In this document: piece after piece, positions 23,948 to 32,000 of the stretch
Layout of the letters: every line of letters begins with the position of its first letter
How positions within the stretch are numbered: position 1 is the first letter of the stretch
Source of the DNA: an uncultured bacterium
GTDB lineage: Bacteria; Patescibacteriota; Gracilibacteria; UBA1369; PNNO01
Direction of reading: 5' to 3'
DNA: 32,000 nt
NCBI GenBank assembly: GCA_963704705.1
Contig: OY969931.1
Location: forward strand, 390,001-422,000
The notes under the pieces: model-generated
What the model saw: the letters and a program-made list of their open reading frames with translations, nothing else
Databases searched by the model: none
Told to the model about the DNA's origin: nothing
Position numbers and translations under genes: made by a program

Positions 23948-25231
23948 TTACATACTGCTTGCCAAATCAACTATTTTAGCAAGTTCCGCTCTTGTAATCT
24001 CTTTTCCTGGTCCGAACATCCCGTCAGCGTAACCCTGTACCCATCCGAGTTTGCTTGCTTTGTATACGTATCCGGCAAACCATTCACCATATGGAACATC
24101 CGGGAATGGATTTTCTGTTAATGCAGGCGATTCATAACCTTTTACCTTCATTATTATTTTTATTGCTTCAGCTCTGTTGATTGTTCTAACACCGTACAAA
24201 TTTCCGTTTTCACCTTCAACAACGCCTTTGTTATAAGCTTTAGTTGCAATTCCGCAGTACCAGTCATCTTCACCCATATCAGGGAAGATTGAAGGATTAC
24301 AAGTAACTGGTTCAAATCCCAATCCAACCATAATCATTTTAATTGCTTCACCACGAAGAACTGGTTCGTTTGGTTCAAAGTAACCGTTACGACCTTCAAC
24401 AACACCTTTAGCAGCTAGATCTTCCACATAAGGTTTACCCCAATGTCCTTCCATATCAGAAAAATTAGGGTAAGTTGTTAACTCACTTTCTCCATGTTGG
24501 AGAGTAACAGTATTTGAACATCCTCTTCTGTCGTCATTTGTAATTACACAAACTCTGTAGTAGTTAGTTCCTTCAGCAACATCTGCATGTGTATAATTGG
24601 TTTGAGTTACATCACTGTAAACTTCAACGTATCCATCAGCAGGATAATAAGGCTCAGCATTTGTTTGTGAATGAACAACTTTATACCATTTTAAATCATC
24701 ACCTTCATATTGAGTCCAGTTTAATTCAGCTTTCCCAAGATCATTCAAAGCTCCTGTTAAAGTAATTTGAATACTATCATCGTTTGTATAAGGGTCATTT
24801 ACTTCTGGCGTTGGTTCAATAGCAGCAACATCAGATTCAAGAGTTACAGTATTGCTGCATGCTCTTAAATTAGCCTCAGTAATAACGCAAACTCTGTAAT
24901 AATTTGTGCCTTCTTTTACACCTGTGTGAGTATAAGTTGTATCTGCAGGGTCGCTAATTACGCCTACATACCCATCCATAGGATATTTCGCATCAGCATT
25001 TGTTTGAGAATGTACAACTTTGTACCACATTAAATCACCTCCTGTGTATTCGTTCCATGAGAGATCCGCATAGCCGTCAGCATTTAAAGAACCTTCAAGA
25101 ACAACTGAAATATTTTCAGTGTCTGTGTATGGATCTTCAGTTACGCCAGTGGTGTTTGCAGAAACACTGCTAACAAAAACAAGCATTGTTAGTGCTGTTA
25201 CTGCAATCCCTCTGGTGATGAATTTTTTCAT
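23948..25231 (-). CDS. secreted surface protein with two tandem ~100-aa beta-rich (FN3/Ig-like) repeats and three C-terminal SLH domains
   Basis: Signal peptide. Repeats at aa 32-132 and 145-245 (DPYT...W..Y.G.DL.WYKVVHSQTNA...GTNYYRVCVIT...CSNTVTL). SLH motifs FSDMEGHW..., FPDMGEDDWY... and FPDVPYGEWF... Confidence 0.85.
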   Translation of the reverse strand: MKKFITRGIAVTALTMLVFVSSVSANTTGVTEDPYTDTENISVVLEGSLNADGYADLSWNEYTGGDLMWYKVVHSQTNADAKYPMDGYVGVISDPADTTYTHTGVKEGTNYYRVCVITEANLRACSNTVTLESDVAAIEPTPEVNDPYTNDDSIQITLTGALNDLGKAELNWTQYEGDDLKWYKVVHSQTNAEPYYPADGYVEVYSDVTQTNYTHADVAEGTNYYRVCVITNDDRRGCSNTVTLQHGESELTTYPNFSDMEGHWGKPYVEDLAAKGVVEGRNGYFEPNEPVLRGEAIKMIMVGLGFEPVTCNPSIFPDMGEDDWYCGIATKAYNKGVVEGENGNLYGVRTINRAEAIKIIMKVKGYESPALTENPFPDVPYGEWFAGYVYKASKLGWVQGYADGMFGPGKEITRAELAKIVDLASSM

Positions 25232-25280
25232 ACGTCATTGGTTAAAGGGTATATCAATATTTTAAACGTGGCTGTAAAAG

Positions 25281-26588
25281 TCACGTTACATTATGTTCTT
25301 TGCTTATTTGCGATTTCTGGTTTAGCAATTTTTCAATAATTTTAATATGATCAGCTTTCGAGAGTTCGAATTCCGGTTTTTTTGCTTTTATTTTTTCTTT
25401 TAAATAAGGAAAAATATCTAAATAATTAACTTCTCTTTCCTGTTCGCAAAAAGTATGTGCGATTGAAAGATGATTTTTTGGGTCCGCTTTTATAAGCTGT
25501 TCCGCGCTAATTATTAATAACCTTTTCCACATTGATTTAACAATAAAATTCAAATCATCGCTTATATCACCAAAATATCCCTCAAAAAATCCTCTTAAGA
25601 TATTATGTTGTTCAAAGTTCATGTTTTGATCCTGAAAAAGATGAACTCCTTCAATATAACCGCTAAGCATCAAATTACTCATTATTGCAACCAACCCTAT
25701 TTCAAAATCTTTCAATGCATAATAAAAATATTTTTGAGCGCTTAACTCATCAATGTGCTTAACATGATCCAAATCAAAAATCATAACATGTCCGTTTTCA
25801 TTATCTACTGCCGCATTAAACAAGTGACTGTCATGATCAACAAAATATTCGTGCAGTTTTGATAAACTTTTACCGAATTCACGAGCCAATTGCTGCAAAG
25901 TAAGTAAAATATCAAAATAAGTAGGCTCTTTTTTGCCAAGTGGAGCCATGTTTTTTTGCCAGTATTCAAGTATCTGGGGGCTGATTCTAAGTCCTTGTTC
26001 CTCAAATTGACCTGCAAAATAATTCCCAAGTGCTTTTTCAGTTTCGGTTCCAATGCCAAAAACAGCAACTCCAAGTGCTTTATCGCCATAATTCATATCT
26101 TTGTATTTGGCATATCCAATCGGGAAATAAAAAGGAAAATCCTTTAAATCTCCATCCCATGCCTCCAATAATACTTTATAAGCCTCAAATTCTTTAACAG
26201 CCTGATCAAAAATTTGCGCACCAAAAGGTCTTTTTTTTGGCTTACTATAATAGATTTCATCTTTATCGTTAACTTCAATTTGATAATGAATTTCAGTGAT
26301 TCCATCAGGAGCCTGCTGAATATGTGCTTCGTATCCTTCATCAACCGAAGGCTGCATAACAGCATTTGAATAAGGATCAAAATATCCACACCCTTTAATT
26401 TTGATTCCCTTAAAAGGTAATTCAGGTTCCTGAATTATTAAAAAAGTACTTCTTCCTGTTTTAACAAGCGGTGGCTGGGTTTTCCACGAAATCACATCTT
26501 CAATTATGCTTTTTTGCCCCTGATTTAAAGGGAATTTATCATAAAATTCAATTTTCTCTATTTCTAGAACACTTTCGTCCTGACTCAT
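25281..26588 (-). CDS. hypothetical protein, possibly a protein-kinase-like/APH-fold phosphotransferase
   Basis: 435 aa. VDHDSHLFNAAVD...HVMIFDLDH resembles the HxDxHxxN...D catalytic and Mg-binding loops of APH/choline-kinase-like enzymes. One-nt TAATG overlap with the upstream gene. Confidence 0.45.
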   Translation of the reverse strand: MSQDESVLEIEKIEFYDKFPLNQGQKSIIEDVISWKTQPPLVKTGRSTFLIIQEPELPFKGIKIKGCGYFDPYSNAVMQPSVDEGYEAHIQQAPDGITEIHYQIEVNDKDEIYYSKPKKRPFGAQIFDQAVKEFEAYKVLLEAWDGDLKDFPFYFPIGYAKYKDMNYGDKALGVAVFGIGTETEKALGNYFAGQFEEQGLRISPQILEYWQKNMAPLGKKEPTYFDILLTLQQLAREFGKSLSKLHEYFVDHDSHLFNAAVDNENGHVMIFDLDHVKHIDELSAQKYFYYALKDFEIGLVAIMSNLMLSGYIEGVHLFQDQNMNFEQHNILRGFFEGYFGDISDDLNFIVKSMWKRLLIISAEQLIKADPKNHLSIAHTFCEQEREVNYLDIFPYLKEKIKAKKPEFELSKADHIKIIEKLLNQKSQISKEHNVT

Positions 26589-26746
26589 TAAAAGAGGGTG
26601 TAAATGAATGGAGCAAGTGCGCTTCCTTCAGTAAAAACAATTAAAGCTCCAAGTAAAATCAGTATAATTATTAATGGGGCTAGCCACCATTTTTTTCCTT
26701 TACCTATATAAGAGAATATATCTTTTATTGTGCTTAGTTTACTCAT
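26588..26746 (-). CDS. DUF5989-type small membrane protein (52 aa)
   Basis: Absent from the ORF track. My translation: MSKLSTIKDIFSYIGKGKKWWLAPLIIILILLGALIVFTEGSALAPFIYTLF. The KKWWL...GSALAPFIYTLF C-terminus matches my recollection of DUF5989, which usually neighbours carbamoyltransferases. ATGA and TAATG overlaps link it to both neighbours. Confidence 0.7.
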   Translation of the reverse strand: MSKLSTIKDIFSYIGKGKKWWLAPLIIILILLGALIVFTEGSALAPFIYTLF

Positions 26747-27888
26747 AACTTAATATTATTAGCTATTATCTCTGCGGCCAATTCATGACCTTCGTTTGTC
26801 CAGTGAGGATCTTCTTTTTCGTAATAATACCATACATTTGAATCAGCTTCTCTGAAAAATGGAAGTAAATCAATATATTCAATTCCCATCGTATCTGTTA
26901 ACTGTTTCATTTTGGCTTGAGGACGCGATAATTCGTATGCTTCTTCATCAAAATACATTTCAGAATATTTTTTCCAGAATTTTTTATCAGTCTGAACATC
27001 CATCGGGATAGCAACAACAATCATTTTAATGCCTTTTTCATCAAGAATCCTTTTCATCTCGGTTAAAGTATATTCAACCTTAGCCCAGTATTCAGGAAGA
27101 TTAGGATCACCATGTTCATCATCTGGTTCCAAAAATGCAGGCCAGGTTAAAGTTGGGCCTTCTTCTTTATTAAAGCCAAGTTTTTTCATTAGAATCTGCC
27201 ATCTTGTATATATGAAATTTGCAAAGTATGAAACAGGCTCTTCTTCACCTTTGTATCGTAACCTGTTTTCGTCATCAACATAATGCTTAGTATCAATAAC
27301 CTTTACCAAATTTTCATTATCATCCAACACCCATTCGTGCCTTCTGAATTCAGTTACATCGTTACCTGCAAAAAAATTAACAATAACTGCATCCGGTTGA
27401 AGTGAAAGTCCTTTTTCTTTTAATAAAAGCAATTCTTGATCGAGTGTATAACCAATTGCACCCATGTTCACAACTTCATAATTATTCTCCTGATCTTTCT
27501 GTCCCAAAAAATTTTGTAGTTTTTCAGTGAAAATATTTTCATGTCTTACGCCCATTCCAAAAGTAAATGAATCTCCAAGCGCAAGAATTCGTTTTGTGTT
27601 TTCCGGTTTAGTTTGAGACATTTTGTCGTCCCTAAAACCAAATTGGTTAATTCTAATTTCAGGTGTTGGATTTTCATAACCATGATAATCTACAGCACCT
27701 GGCAAATGTCCCCAAACATACGAATCATTTGCTTCGAATATCTGTAGATTTACGGCTGTGGGTCCTTCTTTTGTATATTTAAATGCGATTCTCGAAATAC
27801 CTTCAGCAACAACAAATAGTATGAGCAGCATTACCAAAAAGGTACCGATATTTATAAGTATTTTGTTTCGCAGCTTAATCATTTTCAA
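26743..27888 (-). CDS. membrane-anchored SGNH/GDSL hydrolase
   Basis: N-terminal TM helix. Block I ILALGDSFTFG, block III FFAGNDV, block V DPHWTNEGH. Confidence 0.8.
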   Translation of the reverse strand: MKMIKLRNKILINIGTFLVMLLILFVVAEGISRIAFKYTKEGPTAVNLQIFEANDSYVWGHLPGAVDYHGYENPTPEIRINQFGFRDDKMSQTKPENTKRILALGDSFTFGMGVRHENIFTEKLQNFLGQKDQENNYEVVNMGAIGYTLDQELLLLKEKGLSLQPDAVIVNFFAGNDVTEFRRHEWVLDDNENLVKVIDTKHYVDDENRLRYKGEEEPVSYFANFIYTRWQILMKKLGFNKEEGPTLTWPAFLEPDDEHGDPNLPEYWAKVEYTLTEMKRILDEKGIKMIVVAIPMDVQTDKKFWKKYSEMYFDEEAYELSRPQAKMKQLTDTMGIEYIDLLPFFREADSNVWYYYEKEDPHWTNEGHELAAEIIANNIKL

Positions 27889-29623
27889 ATTTCTGTTCGT
27901 AGTTAAGAGTTTTACTTATACTATCTTTATCGATATTTTCTTTATTTACAAGGTAATTTTCCATGACAAGAATGTCCATATCTGTTCTTAAAAAACATTT
28001 AAGAGCATCTTCGGGAGTACATACAATCGGCTCACCCCTTACATTAAATGAAGTATTAATAATTACTCCTGTACCGGTTTTTTCTTTAAATTTACTAATT
28101 AATTTATGGTATTTTGGATTTTCGCTCTCAGAAACACTCTGAATTCTTGCTGAATTATCTACATGTGTTATTGCAGGCAGATTGTCTTTTTTAACCTGTG
28201 CAACCAAAAGCATATATGGTGTTGAAGTTTGCAGATCAAAGTTTTCGTTAAGGTCCTCTTCAATTACACTTGGGGCAAAAGGCCTAAAACTTTCACGGAA
28301 TTTTATTTTTAAATTAACTCTTTGCCAGTTTTCTTTGTTACGGGCATCAGCAACAATTGAACGATTTCCCAGTGCGCGAGGCCCATATTCCATTCTTCCC
28401 TGATACCATCCGATTACATTTTGTTTATTTATATAATCAGCAACTTTATCGTATAAATCCTGATCTTCAAGTTTTTCATATTTAACTTGATGTTTATTTA
28501 AAAGTTCCTCGATTTGTTCATTACTGAATGAAGGACCTAAATATACATTCTTCATTTGATACGACCTTTTGTTTCCAAGAATTGAATGCCAGGCAAAAAG
28601 TGCTGCGCCAAGCGCTCCTCCTGCATCTCCGGAAGCAGGCTGAATAAATATTTTTTTAAATTTTGATTCTCTTAAAAGTTTTCCGTTCGCCACGCAGTTA
28701 AGCGCTACGCCGCCGGCTAAACAAAGATTTTCTTCTCCTGTCTCATTATGAATATGATTTGCAATTTTAAGCATAATATCTTCCAAAACAACCTGTAAAC
28801 TTTTAGCTATGTCGAATTCTCTTTGAGTTATTTTAGTTTCTGGTTTTCGCGGAGGCGCTCCAAATAACTTATTAAAATGGCGATTTGTCATTCTAAGTCC
28901 GTAATGATAAGCAAAATATTTCATATTTAATTCAAAACTGCCGTCATCTTTAACATCGATTAATTTACGTACTTCATCGCAATATTTGGCTTCGCCATAA
29001 GGAGCGAGACCCATAACTTTATACTCACCACTATTAACTTTGAATCCCAAATAATAAGTAAATGCCGAGTATAATAATCCCAAAGAATGTGGGAATCGGA
29101 TTTCTTTTAAAATTTCAATTTTAGAGTTTGCGGCTTTGCCATAAGTTAAAGTGGACCATTCTCCAACTCCGTCAGCAGTTAAAAAGGCACACTTTTCAAA
29201 AGGAGATGCAAAAACCGAACTTGCTGCATGGGATTCATGATGATCCATATAAAAAATGTCTCCTTTAAATCCGAGTTCTTTTCTAATGATTGTTGGAATC
29301 CACAGTTTTTGTTTGAGCCATACCTTCATTGCTTTTAGAAAAGACAGATAACTTCTTGGCCATGTATTGATATATGTTGTTAAAAGTCTTTCGAATTTAA
29401 CAAATGGTTTTTCGTAATAAGCAACGTGTGAAATGTTCGATTTCTCAATGCCGGCTTCTTTTAAACAATATTCAATTGCGTTTTCAGGAAAATCCTCATC
29501 ATGTTTTTTTCGCGTAAACCTTTCTTCCTGAGCTGCAGCTATAACTTCACCGTTTTTTATGAGTGCAGCTGCGCTGTCATGGTAAAAGCAAGAAATTCCC
29601 AGTATGTAAGTATCATTATTCAT
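27875..29623 (-). CDS. carbamoyltransferase (NodU/CmcH family)
   Basis: 582 aa. N-terminal ILGISCFYHDSAAALIKNGEVIAAAQEERFTRKKHD and C-terminal NTSFNVRGEPIVCTPEDA are hallmark carbamoyltransferase N and C domains. Confidence 0.9.
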   Translation of the reverse strand: MNNDTYILGISCFYHDSAAALIKNGEVIAAAQEERFTRKKHDEDFPENAIEYCLKEAGIEKSNISHVAYYEKPFVKFERLLTTYINTWPRSYLSFLKAMKVWLKQKLWIPTIIRKELGFKGDIFYMDHHESHAASSVFASPFEKCAFLTADGVGEWSTLTYGKAANSKIEILKEIRFPHSLGLLYSAFTYYLGFKVNSGEYKVMGLAPYGEAKYCDEVRKLIDVKDDGSFELNMKYFAYHYGLRMTNRHFNKLFGAPPRKPETKITQREFDIAKSLQVVLEDIMLKIANHIHNETGEENLCLAGGVALNCVANGKLLRESKFKKIFIQPASGDAGGALGAALFAWHSILGNKRSYQMKNVYLGPSFSNEQIEELLNKHQVKYEKLEDQDLYDKVADYINKQNVIGWYQGRMEYGPRALGNRSIVADARNKENWQRVNLKIKFRESFRPFAPSVIEEDLNENFDLQTSTPYMLLVAQVKKDNLPAITHVDNSARIQSVSESENPKYHKLISKFKEKTGTGVIINTSFNVRGEPIVCTPEDALKCFLRTDMDILVMENYLVNKENIDKDSISKTLNYEQKFEND

Positions 29624-29853
29624 TAAAACGGATATTTATAATCTTTGGATTGAGTATGATCAAAATAATATGATTTGGGAGGTTTTTTAAAATGTTCGAT
29701 TATTCTTTTAGGTAAACCAATTATTATTGCGTAAATACCAATAAAAACAATGTAAAACACTGTTAAAAGTATTGTTGTATTTACCACGCCAATCACGTGA
29801 GCAAATTTAAGCCACCCAGTCTTTATGCTTTTTAGGATTTTTTTCATAAACAA
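29623..29853 (-). CDS. small membrane protein of the carbamoyltransferase cluster
   Basis: 76 aa with one or two TM segments (WLKFAHVIGVVNTTILLTVFYIVFIGIYAIIIG). Stop/start overlap with the carbamoyltransferase gene. Family name uncertain. Confidence 0.55.
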   Translation of the reverse strand: MFMKKILKSIKTGWLKFAHVIGVVNTTILLTVFYIVFIGIYAIIIGLPKRIIEHFKKPPKSYYFDHTQSKDYKYPF

Positions 29854-30739
29854 GAAAAAATGATATTATCCACATCACTAAAGCAAAAACACCTGTCTGA
29901 ACAGGATCAAAATCAACTCCTTTAAATATTTCTGCCCCAAGCGGATCATTTGTTAAATATAAAATTACTGTAAAGAGACTAATTACTCCAACGGAAAATA
30001 GAATAAGCCCAAATCCCGCTTTAATATAATTCCACGCATTCCATTTTATTGGTTCCAACGCACCTCCGATTCTATCTAGAAAGTGAAGTTGTTTTATTTT
30101 GTGCCGTACATGTATATATAAGCCTAAAATCATTGGTATAACCAGTAACGCGAATATAGATTCTGACATAAGGAGCAAATCATATACTCCATGGAAGAAA
30201 ACAGCAAGCAATAAACCTTTTGCCAGTAATTTTTTTTCAATTTGTTTATCTTTCTGGAATTTTGCTTTTCCAAAATAGTACCCCATGATTGCTCCGAACA
30301 TTGCATGAGCCGGTACAGCTAAAATAGCTCTTATTACAGCAACATAAATTCCGCCTTCCATTACATAAAAAATATTTTCCAATGCAGCGAATCCAAGAGA
30401 GGCAACAACACCGTAAATTACACCATCGTAGTATTCATCAAATTCAATGTTGTGATAAGCTTTCTTTTTAACAACCCAGTATTTGGCGAATTCTTCAATA
30501 AGTGCAGTATAAACAAACGCCAGAATAATTAAATTAATAAAAGAAGATGAAAAAAGATCACCAAGATAACTTGCCAACCCATATTCAATCAGGCCTGCAA
30601 TAAATGCTGCCAACATCCCCCACATAAAAATTTTCCACAAAAATTTTCTTGATTCTTTACGCTTATCCAGGTGGTCAAAATACCAAAGCAGTAATGCAAC
30701 CGGAGCCAGTGATAATATTATTAAACCTATTGTCCACAT
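29807..30739 (-). CDS. PrsW-family intramembrane metalloprotease
   Basis: Polytopic, 310 aa, with an EEFAKY motif (ExxK-type), ALENIFY, and FHGVYD (HxxxD). Confidence 0.8.
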   Translation of the reverse strand: MWTIGLIILSLAPVALLLWYFDHLDKRKESRKFLWKIFMWGMLAAFIAGLIEYGLASYLGDLFSSSFINLIILAFVYTALIEEFAKYWVVKKKAYHNIEFDEYYDGVIYGVVASLGFAALENIFYVMEGGIYVAVIRAILAVPAHAMFGAIMGYYFGKAKFQKDKQIEKKLLAKGLLLAVFFHGVYDLLLMSESIFALLVIPMILGLYIHVRHKIKQLHFLDRIGGALEPIKWNAWNYIKAGFGLILFSVGVISLFTVILYLTNDPLGAEIFKGVDFDPVQTGVFALVMWIISFFLVYEKNPKKHKDWVA

Positions 30740-30796
30740 ATAATCTATGATACCATTATTGATGACCTTACGATTTTACCAGAACACTTTAAAAAT

Positions 30797-31555
30797 ATGA
30801 AAAAGATTATTATTTATACAGATGGCAGTTGTTTGGGAAATCCAGGACCTGGTGGTTATGGTGTTTTAATTCAGCCAAACGGAGATGAGATTATTTTAAG
30901 TGGTGGTGAAGCTTCAACAACAAATAATAGAATGGAAATGATGGCTGTTTTAGAAGCTTTAAAATGGGTTGCGAACAATGCTGAAAAAAGTACTGAAGTT
31001 GATATTTATAGTGATTCAAGCCTGGTTGTGAACTCTATGAAACAGGGATGGAAAAGAAAAGCTAATTTGGATATTTGGGGAGAAATTGATAATACAATGA
31101 TTAAACTTGGAGATATCAAAATAAATTGGCATTGGGTAAAAGGTCATGCTGATAACGAATTCAATGAAAGAGTTGATGAAATTGCAGTTGAAGAATCAAA
31201 AAAGTTTGAAAAATCCGATCAAATAAAGCTTCCAACAGAACTTGCCGATGGTTATTTTTGCCAAAAATGTAATAAAAAGGTTGATGGAAGGTTAAGTTAT
31301 AATAGTGAAGCAGACATGATTCGGGTTGATTGTGAAAATTGCGGATCTTACATTATGTTTGCGGAAAAAAATCCAAAGAATCTAAAAGAAGCAAAAAAAC
31401 GAATACTCGCAAGCAAAGCTCAACTTGAAAAAATTAAGCAAATTAAAGAAGATCAGGGTGAAACAGTAGGGGACAAGGAAATGAAAAAACTTAAAACATT
31501 AACCCGCGAACAAGCGGATAAACTAATAAATAGCGCTCAAACATTATGGAACTAA
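30797..31555 (+). CDS. rnhA: ribonuclease HI with a ~115-aa C-terminal extension containing a CxxC...CxxC zinc ribbon
   Basis: RNase H motifs IYTDGSCLGNPGPGGYG, NNRMEMMAVLEAL, IYSDSSLV, WHWVKGHADNEFNERVDEIA. These are followed by CQKCNKK...CENCGSY and a K/E-rich helical tail. Confidence 0.85.
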   Translation: MKKIIIYTDGSCLGNPGPGGYGVLIQPNGDEIILSGGEASTTNNRMEMMAVLEALKWVANNAEKSTEVDIYSDSSLVVNSMKQGWKRKANLDIWGEIDNTMIKLGDIKINWHWVKGHADNEFNERVDEIAVEESKKFEKSDQIKLPTELADGYFCQKCNKKVDGRLSYNSEADMIRVDCENCGSYIMFAEKNPKNLKEAKKRILASKAQLEKIKQIKEDQGETVGDKEMKKLKTLTREQADKLINSAQTLWN

Positions 31556-31911
31556 GAAAACAATCAGAAGTTTCGGAAGACTTGGTTAATTGCCCGGAAA
31601 CAACCATAGTACTGCCTACAGATGAAGTCAGAGATAAATTGGTAAAATTATATTTTATTGCCAAATCCAATTTGGAAACTTTAGCGGCAATTTTTGAAGC
31701 AGTACAGGATAGAACTTTTGGCAGGGCGATTGTGAGAAAGAATTATATTATTATGAATCCAGATTATATTATGACCATACCTGATAAATTGCCTTATATG
31801 ACAGCAGAAATCGAAAAAGTATATATGGAAATTATTGATGCAAATCAACTAGCTTCAGTATTTCAATCATTTGCAAGATCATCTGTAACAGGGCAGGCAC
31901 CTCATCTTTAA
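31546..31911 (+). CDS. hypothetical protein
   Basis: 121-aa ORF overlapping the rnhA stop by 10 nt. Host-like composition. No motif recognised. Confidence 0.5.
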   Translation: MELRKQSEVSEDLVNCPETTIVLPTDEVRDKLVKLYFIAKSNLETLAAIFEAVQDRTFGRAIVRKNYIIMNPDYIMTIPDKLPYMTAEIEKVYMEIIDANQLASVFQSFARSSVTGQAPHL

Positions 31912-31975
31912 TGATTTTTTTCTTGATATAAACTTTGGCGCAAAGTATACTCTTTTTTGTTGAAAAAGTTATTTT

Positions 31976-32000
31976 GCCGCGGTAGCTCAGTGGTAGAGCA
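31976..32000 (+). tRNA. 5' part of a tRNA gene truncated by the window end (identity undetermined)
   Basis: GCCGCGG-TA-GCTC-AGTGGTA-GAGCA is a canonical acceptor stem plus D-arm. The anticodon lies beyond the window. Confidence 0.7.

Overview
The window is AT-rich bacterial DNA. Single 60-nt lines I counted in the host-like regions gave about 35-40% GC. It carries a compact housekeeping gene set: trxA, an SPFH protein, rpsO-pnp, trkA/trkH, tRNA-Gly, a cold-shock protein, rlmN, arfB-like, tsaB, rsmI, rnhA, SLH-anchored surface proteins and a pseudopilin. Almost none of these genes has a Shine-Dalgarno (SD) sequence, which fits a streamlined, possibly CPR/Patescibacteria-like genome (low confidence). 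Three sharply GC-rich segments (about 58-62% GC in counted lines) interrupt this background. (1) 10.38-11.05 kb is a single-gene cassette for a Cys-rich lipoprotein with calcium-binding repeats. (2) 14.47-15.35 kb is an orphan 242-aa gene on the minus strand. (3) 15.87-18.72 kb is a two-gene operon: an XRE-like HTH protein followed by a 679-aa MutL/MORC-type GHKL ATPase that also has an acidic linker and two internal beta-rich repeats. All four GC-rich genes have strong SD sequences and their own hairpin terminators. Two of them sit behind an identical TTGACA-17-TAAAAT promoter. No integrase or transposase is visible. The HTH + GHKL-ATPase operon, possibly together with the divergent 242-aa gene and the adjacent 870-aa orphan, is my lead candidate for an undescribed system. 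Other points of interest are a tRNA-Gly locus with nested partial self-duplications, a trkH frameshift in a T6 run, and a carbamoyltransferase / SGNH / DUF5989 / PrsW / kinase-like envelope operon. All functional calls come from motif recognition by eye; no homology search was run.
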